Source: an uncultured Bacteroidales bacterium
GTDB lineage: Bacteria; Bacteroidota; Bacteroidia; Bacteroidales; Muribaculaceae
NCBI GenBank assembly: GCA_902781045.1
Contig: CACZHT010000005.1
Coordinates: 19,085 to 83,084, forward strand
Length of the DNA: 64,000 nucleotides
Direction: 5' to 3'
This document shows, one piece after another, positions 55,970-64,000 of this stretch. The notes under the pieces were generated by a model that saw nothing but the letters and a program-made list of their open reading frames with translations, did no database searches and was not told the origin of the DNA. The number at the start of each line of letters is the position of its first letter. Position 1 is the first letter of the stretch. A program made the translations under genes and the position numbers.

Positions 55970-56740
55970 ATGAGACAAAACCACATAATCGGAATCATTC
56001 CGGCGCGTTATGCCTCAACGCGATTTCCAGGCAAACCGTTGGCCCTGTTGGGTGGCAAACCGGTCATCGAGCATGTCTATAGCCGCGCCTACGAAGCACT
56101 TGAGGGTAACGTCATTGTTGCCACCGACGACGAGCGCATCCGTCGGGCTGTAGAAAAATTCGGAGGCAAGGCCGTCATGACAAGCACAGAGCATCGCAGT
56201 GGCACCGACCGTTGCTACGAAGCCTTTTGCCTGAACGGCGGCAATGAGCAAATCATTCTTAACATTCAGGGCGACGAGCCCTTTGTGGATTCATGGCAGT
56301 TTATGGAACTGATTTCATGTTTTGCCTACGATTCGACTGAGATTGGTACTCTGGTGAGGCCGTTCCCGCAAGATGGCAAGTTTGAAGACCTGCAGAATCC
56401 CAATGTGCCCAAGGTGGTGGTGGATGACAAACGGCGAGCACTCTACTTCTCGCGTTCGGTCATCCCCTATCTGCGTGGAGTGGACCCGCAGTTGTGGCCC
56501 CAGCAGCATCAATATTACACACACATTGGCTTCTATGGCTTTCGTGCTGATGTGTTGGAACAGATCACCCGACTGCCGCAGTCACCGCTAGAGAAGGCCG
56601 AGTCGCTCGAACAGTTGCGATGGCTTCAGAGTGGTTTTCACATCCGTGTCGGAGTCTCTAACCACCAGACCATCGGCATCGATACGCCGCAAGATTTGGA
56701 GCGGGCTGAGGCCTACCTTAAATCCCTAAACCATGATTGA
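55970..56740 (+). CDS. kdsB: 3-deoxy-manno-octulosonate cytidylyltransferase
   Basis: IIPARYASTRFPGKPL, VATDDERI, HRSGTDR, NIQGDEP, LYFSRS.IP, LEKAESLEQLRWL, IDTPQDL. Confidence 0.95.
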   Translation: MRQNHIIGIIPARYASTRFPGKPLALLGGKPVIEHVYSRAYEALEGNVIVATDDERIRRAVEKFGGKAVMTSTEHRSGTDRCYEAFCLNGGNEQIILNIQGDEPFVDSWQFMELISCFAYDSTEIGTLVRPFPQDGKFEDLQNPNVPKVVVDDKRRALYFSRSVIPYLRGVDPQLWPQQHQYYTHIGFYGFRADVLEQITRLPQSPLEKAESLEQLRWLQSGFHIRVGVSNHQTIGIDTPQDLERAEAYLKSLNHD

Positions 56741-58022
56741 CCGCTCAAAGCCGCCCGTCCTCGCTCAGTTCACCGACGTGCACCTTGACTTCCCTGTCTG
56801 CCAGACATTGTCGTGCGGCATACCCATTTGGGTGATTGAGGGTGGTGACCAGGATGTGTGCCAGATCAGTGTCTATGTCTCTGGCGGCACGATGCACGAA
56901 TGTCAACCGCTTGTCTCGCTCGTCACAGCTCAAATGGTGCTAGAGGGCACGGAGTCGTTCAGTTCACATGACATAGCCGAACAACTTGACTACTATGGCG
57001 CATGGAAGTCGGCACAAAACCATGACACCATGAGTCAGCTGACCTTGTCGGCGATGACCGAGTACTACGACCGGCTGCTCCCCATCGTGGCCGATGCCAT
57101 GGGGCATGCCACAATGCCTGAAGAGGAGCTTGATGTCTACAGACGGCGTTATGCGGCATCTTATGCCACGATGCGCCGACGCGTGAAATATCTTGCGGGT
57201 GTCGAGTTGCGGAGGCTGTACTATGGCAATGACCATCCTCTTGTGGCTGATGTCCAGCCTAAGCAGTTGCTTCACATGACCAGAAGTGACCTGTGGCAGT
57301 TCTATACACGGTTCTATCACCCCTCGAATTGCCGACTCATTTTGGCAGGACGTGTCACAGACCAGATGCTGAAAGCCACCGACCAGATTTTCAGTCAATG
57401 GATTGACTCACATGACATCAAGGCCAATCCTGTGGATTGGACTTTCAGTCCATCACAGCAGATGCTCAGCGTGGTAGACTGCCCCGGCAGTGTGCAGGCG
57501 GCTGTGGCGATGTCCATCCAAGCAGTCGGGCGCAGTCATCCCGACTACCTGGCTCTGCGTGTTCTGTGCACGGTGCTTGGGGGCTACTTCGGCAGTCGCT
57601 TGATGAGCAACATACGGGAGAACAAGGGCTACACCTACGGCATCAGTGCTTTTCTGTCAGGACGGGAGCATGATGGCTTTGTCGGGGTGAGTACCGAATG
57701 TGACATCCACCACACATGGCAGGTTGTGGATGAGGTCAAGCGTGAGATGCAGCGGCTACGTGACGAGCTGGTGTCGGAGGCCGAGTTGGCAATGGTGAGA
57801 CAGTATATGCTCAGTGACCAGGTCAAAACTCTCGACACCCCGTTCGCACTGGCTAGTTATGTGGCCTCGACATGGCTCTATGGGGTGTACCCGGAATATT
57901 TCAATCGTCAGATTGACACAATTTTGCACATCACTCCCGAACGCTTGCAGCAGGTGGCTGTGCGTTATCTGAATCTGGACCGATTGCGCGTGGTCATCGC
58001 CGGTGACAAGAGCATGTTGTGA
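56733..58022 (+). CDS. M16-family (insulinase/pitrilysin) subunit, probably non-catalytic
   Basis: Two M16 lobes and LGGYFGSRLMSNIRENKGYTYG. No HxxEH motif in the N-terminal lobe. Confidence 0.82.
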   Translation: MIDRSKPPVLAQFTDVHLDFPVCQTLSCGIPIWVIEGGDQDVCQISVYVSGGTMHECQPLVSLVTAQMVLEGTESFSSHDIAEQLDYYGAWKSAQNHDTMSQLTLSAMTEYYDRLLPIVADAMGHATMPEEELDVYRRRYAASYATMRRRVKYLAGVELRRLYYGNDHPLVADVQPKQLLHMTRSDLWQFYTRFYHPSNCRLILAGRVTDQMLKATDQIFSQWIDSHDIKANPVDWTFSPSQQMLSVVDCPGSVQAAVAMSIQAVGRSHPDYLALRVLCTVLGGYFGSRLMSNIRENKGYTYGISAFLSGREHDGFVGVSTECDIHHTWQVVDEVKREMQRLRDELVSEAELAMVRQYMLSDQVKTLDTPFALASYVASTWLYGVYPEYFNRQIDTILHITPERLQQVAVRYLNLDRLRVVIAGDKSML

Positions 58023-58147
58023 ACTCGGCAAGGTTAAAAATTACAAAGAGGGCTGAAAAATGAGACACTTGTCGCCGTTTTTCGGCCTTTCTTTTGTAAT
58101 TTTGTCGCCTGATTTTGAAAATAGGGATTAAATTTTTTGAGACTAAT

Positions 58148-59830
58148 ATGACTACAAAAAGTGTTCTGCAACAATTACGCGCTTCTTATCAACCTAAATT
58201 GCCAACTGCTCTGTGTGGCCAGGTGAGGATGGAGGTGGGTGAACCCACCGAGTCGGTAGCTGACCAGGAGCAGATTCAGCAACTGTTTCCCATGACATAC
58301 GGCATGCCGCAAATCACCTTTGTTCCCGATGACAAAGCGAAGAAAACAGACGCCAAGCCGATCAATGTGGGCGTGATTCTGTCGGGTGGCCAGGCCCCTG
58401 GCGGACACAATGTGATCAGCGGCATCTTTGACGGCATCAAGCAAATTCATCCCGAGAGCCGCCTCTACGGTTTCTTGATGGGACCTGACGGATTGGTCAA
58501 ACACGACTATATGGAGCTCACGGGCGACATTATCGACGAGTACCGCAACACAGGTGGATTCGACATGATTGGCTCTGGGCGTACTAAACTCGACAAGGAG
58601 GAGCAGTTTGAGAAGGGGCTGCAGATTATCCGCGAACTCAACCTGAAAGCTATTGTCATCATTGGTGGCGATGACAGTAATACCAACGCCGCCATTATGG
58701 CCGAGTACTACAAGGCACATGGTGCCAAGGTGCAGGTCATCGGTTGCCCCAAGACCATCGACGGCGACCTCAAGAACGAGTTTATTGAGGCTTCGTTCGG
58801 ATTTGACACTGCAACCAAGGTCTACAGCGAACTCATTGGCAATGTGGAGCGAGACTGCTTCTCGGCGCGCAAATACTGGCACTTCATCAAGCTCATGGGA
58901 CGCTCGGCATCGCACATCGCACTGGAGTGCGCGCTGCAGACGCAACCCAACCTCTGCCTCATCAGCGAGGAGGTGGAGGAATACTGCCTGGAGTTGAGCG
59001 ACATCGTCACCAGCATCACAAACATCGTGGTCAAGCGAGCCAAGCGCGGACTGAATTTCGGTACTGTCTTGGTTCCTGAGGGGCTTATAGAGTTCATCCC
59101 CTCATGCAAGGCACTGATTGAGCAGCTCAACGAGATCATGGCCAAGTTCAAACCTGAGGTCTCTACTCTGGATCCTGACGCGCAGGTGGTGTTCATCCGT
59201 GAGCACTTAGATCCCGAGAATCTGTCGACACTCGACAGTTTGCCCAAGACATTGGGTCGCCAGCTGATGCTGGACCGCGACCCGCATGGCAATGTCCAGG
59301 TCTCGCTCATCGAGACCGAGAAGCTGCTCAGCACGCTGGTCAAGAAGAAACTCAAGCAAATCAACAAGGGCAAGCAGAAGGATGATCCCGACTATGTCAA
59401 GTTTAAGGCCATGCACCATTTCTTCGGCTATGAGGGTCGCTGCGCGGCCCCGTCCAACTTTGACGCCGACTACTGCTATGCACTGGGCTACAATGCTGCC
59501 CAGCTCATCAACTGTGGTGCGACAGGCTACATGTCGTCGGTTCGCGACCTGATCAAGCCGTCGTCAGAGTGGCGATGCGGTGGCATTCCCATCACCATGA
59601 TGATGAACATTGAGCGCCGCAATGGTGAGGACAAGCCGGTCATACGCAAGGCACTGGTCGACATGAAGGATCGCCCCTTCCTGGAGTACTCCAACAATCG
59701 TGCCACTTGGTCCAAGGAGACGTGCTATGTTTATCCCGGTCCCATACAGTATTTCGGCCCAAGCGAGCTGATTGATCAGCCGACCAAGACACTTATCCTC
59801 GAGCATACGCCAGAGGATGAAGAACAATAA
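58148..59830 (+). CDS. pfp: Pyrophosphate-dependent phosphofructokinase
   Basis: LSGGQAPGGHNVI, RNTGGFD.IGSGR, IGGDDSNTNA, PKTIDGD, KLMGRSASH, FGYEGRC. Confidence 0.95.
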   Translation: MTTKSVLQQLRASYQPKLPTALCGQVRMEVGEPTESVADQEQIQQLFPMTYGMPQITFVPDDKAKKTDAKPINVGVILSGGQAPGGHNVISGIFDGIKQIHPESRLYGFLMGPDGLVKHDYMELTGDIIDEYRNTGGFDMIGSGRTKLDKEEQFEKGLQIIRELNLKAIVIIGGDDSNTNAAIMAEYYKAHGAKVQVIGCPKTIDGDLKNEFIEASFGFDTATKVYSELIGNVERDCFSARKYWHFIKLMGRSASHIALECALQTQPNLCLISEEVEEYCLELSDIVTSITNIVVKRAKRGLNFGTVLVPEGLIEFIPSCKALIEQLNEIMAKFKPEVSTLDPDAQVVFIREHLDPENLSTLDSLPKTLGRQLMLDRDPHGNVQVSLIETEKLLSTLVKKKLKQINKGKQKDDPDYVKFKAMHHFFGYEGRCAAPSNFDADYCYALGYNAAQLINCGATGYMSSVRDLIKPSSEWRCGGIPITMMMNIERRNGEDKPVIRKALVDMKDRPFLEYSNNRATWSKETCYVYPGPIQYFGPSELIDQPTKTLILEHTPEDEEQ

Positions 59831-59832
59831 AA

Positions 59833-59872
59833 GCTGAAAACGCCTCCACCCGCGAGGGATGGAGGCATCAGC
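59833..59872. terminator. Terminator-like hairpin after pfp
   Basis: gcctcca-ccc-gcga-ggg-a-tggaggc with outer gctga / tcagc and a T-tract. A second stem gtccctg / cagggac lies at 59905-59932. Confidence 0.6.
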
Positions 59873-59949
59873 GTTATTTTTTATCAACCTTTTTCACAGC
59901 TTGCGTCCCTGCACCACCGTGGTGACAGGGACTTTTGTTCATGCTGGTT

Positions 59950-61158
59950 TTACAAGCTGTTGCACCATTGGTCGAGCAGCTGGCCGTGATGGCCTGTTAC
60001 GACGATGTGGTGATTGCCGATGGGGTGCGTCAGAAAGTAGTTACAGCTATCTGTGTCATCAATGCGGATGAGCAACTGGGTGCGGCACAAGTCGTTGCTG
60101 CGTTTGTTGCCTATCAACTGCCCCTCAGCCACAAAGTGGAGACTGAGGTCGCCATTGGCCTTGAAGACAGTGACAGGCCCCAGAGGCATATACCCCCGGA
60201 TGCCCACACCGATGCCTGACTCGAAGTGGGTGTCCAGTTCATAGCTCGACACCATGTTCAACGGAATGGTGCAGTGAGCCAGTGTCATCATGCCAGTGTC
60301 AGGGTCGATGACCGAGGGGTTGGCCTGGAATCCCGAGAAGCCAAGCAGCGCATGGCACATCATCATCGACAGGGCTGCAGGCACGTCGCCCTCACAACCG
60401 GCCACGATGCCCTCGGCATTAAGTTGTGCAAGTGCCAGGCAACCCGTGTTGTGCACGGCGGTGAGCAAGTCGAAGCAACGGATGGTGAATGCTGACAGCT
60501 GATGCTTTTTAACAATGTGGAGCAGCGCATGGTACAAGCGGCGGGCATCGGGTAGGGCAGAGGTCACTTCGGGCACTGGCTCAGTCTTTGGATGGATGTC
60601 TAAAGTGCAGTCATCGAGAGAGATATTGTTGAATGCTTCAATCACTTCTTGAATCTCAAGTTCAATCAAGTCGACTCCCAGTTTTGACTGTACGGCGATA
60701 GGGTCGGCATGACTCGAGATGAGCCAGTCGGATGGCTGACCGATAATGCCTAGACGCTGACCATGCAGCCGCTGTCGAGCAGTGGACAGTTGCAGCAAGT
60801 CGGCAATGCGCTGCTTGACGTGGATGGGTGACCCATGCAGAATTTCGCCCTTGAGGCCTTGCTGATGCAGGTAGGACATAATCTCCATCGAGGCGGCTAA
60901 CGAGTTGCTCTTGCCTGATGTGAGCAGAAAGATGGGTTGTGATGACTGTTGTCGCAGCTGCTGAAGCAACGTCTTGAACACGCCCTCGGTGCCGCCGGTG
61001 CGCACATAGATGAGGCTCAAGGTGGCGGTGCCATAATCGGCAAAGTCTCCTCCCTTGAAGTCATAGTCGATGCCGAGCGATGACAGGAATTCGGTTGTTG
61101 TCGCGGCCACAGCATGCTCGTCGTGCAGTGGCGAAGTGAGGGTGTAAATGGCAATCAT
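59950..61158 (-). CDS. L-fucose/L-arabinose-isomerase-like protein of unknown substrate
   Basis: C-terminal half has IRCFDL, CLALAQL, CEGDVP, FQANP, LAHCT.P and THFESG.GV, as in fucose-isomerase-like families. Confidence 0.55.
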   Translation of the reverse strand: MIAIYTLTSPLHDEHAVAATTTEFLSSLGIDYDFKGGDFADYGTATLSLIYVRTGGTEGVFKTLLQQLRQQSSQPIFLLTSGKSNSLAASMEIMSYLHQQGLKGEILHGSPIHVKQRIADLLQLSTARQRLHGQRLGIIGQPSDWLISSHADPIAVQSKLGVDLIELEIQEVIEAFNNISLDDCTLDIHPKTEPVPEVTSALPDARRLYHALLHIVKKHQLSAFTIRCFDLLTAVHNTGCLALAQLNAEGIVAGCEGDVPAALSMMMCHALLGFSGFQANPSVIDPDTGMMTLAHCTIPLNMVSSYELDTHFESGIGVGIRGYMPLGPVTVFKANGDLSLHFVAEGQLIGNKRSNDLCRTQLLIRIDDTDSCNYFLTHPIGNHHIVVTGHHGQLLDQWCNSL

Positions 61159-61175
61159 GTCTTACGTCTGAATTT

Positions 61176-61982
61176 TTAGCCCACCAGCTGACTCATCTCG
61201 GATTGCATGGCGGCGGCTTTCTGGCGGGCAGCATCCACCCAGTCTTCGCCGTTGCTGGCATGGATGATGCCGCGCGACGAGTTGACGATGATGCCGCACT
61301 GCGAGTTCATGGCATAGCGTGCCACATCGGCCAGAGAACCGCCCTGGGCACCCACGCCAGGCACTAGCAGGAAATGCTTGGGGACAATGCGGCGCACATC
61401 TTGCAGCATCTCGCCGCGTGTGGCTCCGGCCACAAACATCATGTTGTCGGGCGTGCCCCACTGCTGAGCCTTGCGCAGCACATGCTCGTAGAGCGGTGTG
61501 CCCTCGGTGTCACGAATCATCTGGAAGTCCATTGAACCCTTGTTGCTGGTCAGGGCCAGCACAATCACCCATTTGCCATCGTAGCCCAGAAATGGAGTCA
61601 CACTGTCCTCGCCCATGTAGGGGGCCACGGTCAGCGCATCGACATCAAGTGTCTCAAAGAAGCTTCGGGCGTAAGCCTTGCTGGTATTGCCGATGTCACC
61701 CCGCTTGGCATCAGCGATGATAAACTGGTCGGGATGGTGCTTGCGGATGTAACGCACGGTATCTTCGAACGCCTGATAACCGGCGGGGCCATGCGCCTCA
61801 TAGAAGGCCAGATTGGGCTTGAAGGCGATGGCGTATGGTGCTGTGGCATCGATGATGGCCTTGTTGAAGGCTAACAGGTCGCCGTTGAGCGACATGGGCA
61901 TCTTGCTGGGGTCCGGGTCTAGCCCCACGCACAGGAAGCTGCGCTTGCGCAGCATGTTGGCATAAAGTTCGTCGCGAGTCAT
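61176..61982 (-). CDS. pyrF: Orotidine-5'-phosphate decarboxylase (type 2)
   Basis: [53 protein letters not shown]. Confidence 0.95.
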   Translation of the reverse strand: MTRDELYANMLRKRSFLCVGLDPDPSKMPMSLNGDLLAFNKAIIDATAPYAIAFKPNLAFYEAHGPAGYQAFEDTVRYIRKHHPDQFIIADAKRGDIGNTSKAYARSFFETLDVDALTVAPYMGEDSVTPFLGYDGKWVIVLALTSNKGSMDFQMIRDTEGTPLYEHVLRKAQQWGTPDNMMFVAGATRGEMLQDVRRIVPKHFLLVPGVGAQGGSLADVARYAMNSQCGIIVNSSRGIIHASNGEDWVDAARQKAAAMQSEMSQLVG

Positions 61983-61984
61983 GT

Positions 61985-62061
61985 TCAGTTATCGGTTATC
62001 AGTTATCGTTGTCAGTTATCAGATAATAGCTTGATTATGAATTATGAATTATGAATTATCA
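61985..62061. repeat. Two heptamer tandem arrays between prfA and pyrF
   Basis: cagttat-cggttat-cagttat-cgttgt-cagttat, then attatga x3 plus attatca (62034-62061), the last unit supplying the TGA-TAA stops of prfA. Confidence 0.75.
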
Positions 62062-63168
62062 GAGCGCAGCCTCCTTGAGTTTCTCGGCATTCTCGGCCAC
62101 AATGAGGTGGTCGATGCAGTCCTGGATGTCGCCGTCCATGAAGGCTGGCAGATTGTAGATGGTGTAGCCGATGCGATGATCGGTGATGCGTCCTTGCGGA
62201 AAATTATAGGTGCGTATCTTGGCCGAGCGGTCGCCAGTCGACACCAGCGTCTTGCGCCTGCTGGCAATGTCATCCATATATTTCTGGTGCTCGTGGTCAT
62301 AAATGAAAGTGCGAAGGCGCGCCAGTGCGCGCTCCTTGTTCTTGGGCTGGTCGCGTGTCTCGGTACACTCGATGAGAATCTCCTGTTGTTCGTTGGTCAC
62401 GGGGTTAGTCCACATGTATCGCAGACGCACACCCGAGTTCACCTTGTTGACATTCTGGCCACCGGCACCGCTGCTGCGGAAGTAGTCCCAGCGAATCTCG
62501 CCCTCGTTGATGTGAACATCGAATGGCTCGGCCTCGGGCAGCACAGCCACACTTGCGGCCGAGGTGTGCACGCGTCCCTGTGTCTCGGTGACAGGCACAC
62601 GCTGCACGCGGTGCACCCCCGACTCATACTTGAGTGTGCCATAGACATTGTCGCCAGTGATGCTGAAGATAATCTCCTTGTAACCACCTGCTGCACCCTC
62701 GGTGTAGCTTGACACCTGCACTGTCCAGCCCTTGCTCTCGCAGTAGCGGGTGTACATGCGAGCCAGGTCGCCTGCAAACAGTGCCGCCTCGTCGCCACCC
62801 GTGCCGCCACGTATCTCAAGCACCACATTCTTGCTGTCCTCGGGATCCTCGGGAATAAGCAGTAGCTTGATTTGCTCCTCGACCTTGGGCACCAGGGCGG
62901 TGTCATGCTCAATCTCCTCACGAGCCATGGCACGCAAATCCTCATCACTCTCGCTGGCAAGCAATTCCTTGGCTTGCTCAATGTCGGTGAGAAGCTTGCG
63001 GTAGTGGTTGGCAGTCTTGAGCAGGTTCTCTAGACTTTTGTATTCCTTGGTCAGTTTGACATATCGGCGCTGGTCGGCTATGACACTGGGGTCGGTGATG
63101 AGTGTCGCAATCTCGTCGAAGCGGGCATCCAGGCCCTCCAGACGCTGCAATAAGGGTGAATCAGCCAT
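62059..63168 (-). CDS. prfA: Peptide chain release factor 1
   Basis: EIRGGTGGDEAALFA, LKYESGVHRVQRVPVTE (PxT), SGAGGQNVNK (GGQ), KIRTYNFPQ.RITDHR. Start set at MADSPLL. Confidence 0.96.
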   Translation of the reverse strand: MADSPLLQRLEGLDARFDEIATLITDPSVIADQRRYVKLTKEYKSLENLLKTANHYRKLLTDIEQAKELLASESDEDLRAMAREEIEHDTALVPKVEEQIKLLLIPEDPEDSKNVVLEIRGGTGGDEAALFAGDLARMYTRYCESKGWTVQVSSYTEGAAGGYKEIIFSITGDNVYGTLKYESGVHRVQRVPVTETQGRVHTSAASVAVLPEAEPFDVHINEGEIRWDYFRSSGAGGQNVNKVNSGVRLRYMWTNPVTNEQQEILIECTETRDQPKNKERALARLRTFIYDHEHQKYMDDIASRRKTLVSTGDRSAKIRTYNFPQGRITDHRIGYTIYNLPAFMDGDIQDCIDHLIVAENAEKLKEAAL

Positions 63169-63277
63169 AAAATTCTGTATTATTTCGAGAAATTTTGTGC
63201 AAAGGTACAAAAATTTCACTACCTTTGCATCATCTTTGCGACACAATGTCGACAAGGAGTGGACAAAAGCTGATGTC

Positions 63278-63350
63278 TTAACTCCCTTTAACTACTTAAC
63301 TCTATTTAACTACTTTACTTCCTATATCTACTTAACTCCCTTTAACTACT
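63278..63350. repeat. Four degenerate 18-bp tandem units in the leader of the DUF4293 gene
   Basis: ttaactccctttaactac / ttaactctatttaactac / tttacttcctatatctac / ttaactccctttaactac. Confidence 0.7.
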
Positions 63351-63357
63351 GAAGATT

Positions 63358-63795
63358 ATGGTTCTACAACGTTGGCAAAGCGTATTTCTTTTTCTGGCAG
63401 CTGTTGCAATGGCTGTGTTCACTTTCATGCCCGTCATGGGGCTGGTCACTGACAATGGTACCGCAACACTCAGTGCATTGTGCTGCAACGAGGGCGGAAT
63501 ATCGAGCACAGTGTTGCTTGTCCTGGATTGTCTGATTGTTGTCATGTTGCTGGTCACCATATTCAAATACCGTGACCTGAAACTGCAGCAGCGTCTGTGC
63601 AAGGTCAACATCTTGTTGTTGATTGCAGTGATTGCCTTCATCATGACAATGTGGCTCATGCAGCGAGGACAGGCTATTGCCGTACTCGAGCCCTGGATTG
63701 CCTTGCCCTTTGTGGCACTGTTCTTCACCCTCTGGGCCAGTGGACGCATCAAGGCCGACCGCAAGCTGCTCAGCGACAGTGAACGCATCCGCTGA
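63358..63795 (+). CDS. DUF4293-family membrane protein
   Basis: M.LQRWQSVFLFLA, IFKYRDLKLQ.RLC, A...I.ADRKLL.DSERIR. Confidence 0.88.
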   Translation: MVLQRWQSVFLFLAAVAMAVFTFMPVMGLVTDNGTATLSALCCNEGGISSTVLLVLDCLIVVMLLVTIFKYRDLKLQQRLCKVNILLLIAVIAFIMTMWLMQRGQAIAVLEPWIALPFVALFFTLWASGRIKADRKLLSDSERIR

Positions 63796-63854
63796 TAAGC
63801 GCTGAACACTGGACGAATAACGACCTGGACAAATTCCAGGTCGTTACTTTATAA

Positions 63855-64000
63855 CTATGCCAGTTTGGCTTTGAGAAAGTGGCCGGTGTAGCTGTCGGGG
63901 CATTGTGCCACCTGTTCGGGCGTGCCGGTGACCACGACTTGTCCGCCGGATGCGCCACCCTCGGGGCCAAGGTCGATGATGTGGTCGGCACACTTGATGA
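63855..64000 (-). CDS. uvrA: Excinuclease ABC subunit A, C-terminal end (partial)
   Basis: [47 protein letters not shown]. Confidence 0.9.
   Translation of the reverse strand, partial: IKCADHIIDLGPEGGASGGQVVVTGTPEQVAQCPDSYTGHFLKAKLA

Noticed and set aside
132-63350. CRISPR array or DGR among the tandem repeats
   Set aside because: All arrays are 7-18 bp units without unique spacers. No cas or reverse transcriptase genes, and no template/variable repeat pair was seen.

Overview
Bacteroidales chromosomal DNA. Bacteroidetes TTTG-N19/20-TAnnTTTG promoters recur throughout, and the dockerin-like tails plus short T9SS CTD suggest a Muribaculaceae/Prevotella-like gut or rumen organism (inference). 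Left end: probable DedA tail, rpe and a secreted EEP-family phosphodiesterase. About 1.9-37.4 kb is an accessory block. It holds a dockerin-tailed secreted protein with an adjacent TPR/LuxR-type membrane regulator, a dockerin-tailed multimodular GH13 amylase, and an intact IS1380 element with a 5-bp target duplication. It also holds a 23-kb UpxY-controlled Wzx/Wzy capsule locus and a pair of paralogous secreted proteins. From 37.7 kb the window is mostly housekeeping: DUF4954, small lipoproteins, tRNA-Ser(CGA), DPP-III, murF, ddl, pcrA/uvrD, rlmD, an M3 peptidase, a TPR protein, kdsB, an M16 subunit, pfp, pyrF, prfA, DUF4293 and a uvrA tail. Two observations stand out. (1) The paralogs at 33930 and 36278 are colinear along their length but end in different modules, a dockerin-like duplex versus a T9SS CTD, which suggests the dockerin-like tail is an interchangeable sorting or anchoring signal. 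(2) The capsule locus has no recognisable GT2/GT4 glycosyltransferase. It instead encodes a diacetamido-uronic acid pathway, two ATP-grasp ligases, a saccharopine-dehydrogenase-like enzyme, an ACP/FabH/SDR module, an AAC(3)-like acyltransferase, a deacetylase and a CapA-like protein, pointing to an amide- and acyl-decorated or glycopeptide-like polymer. All family assignments come from motif recognition by eye, not database searches.
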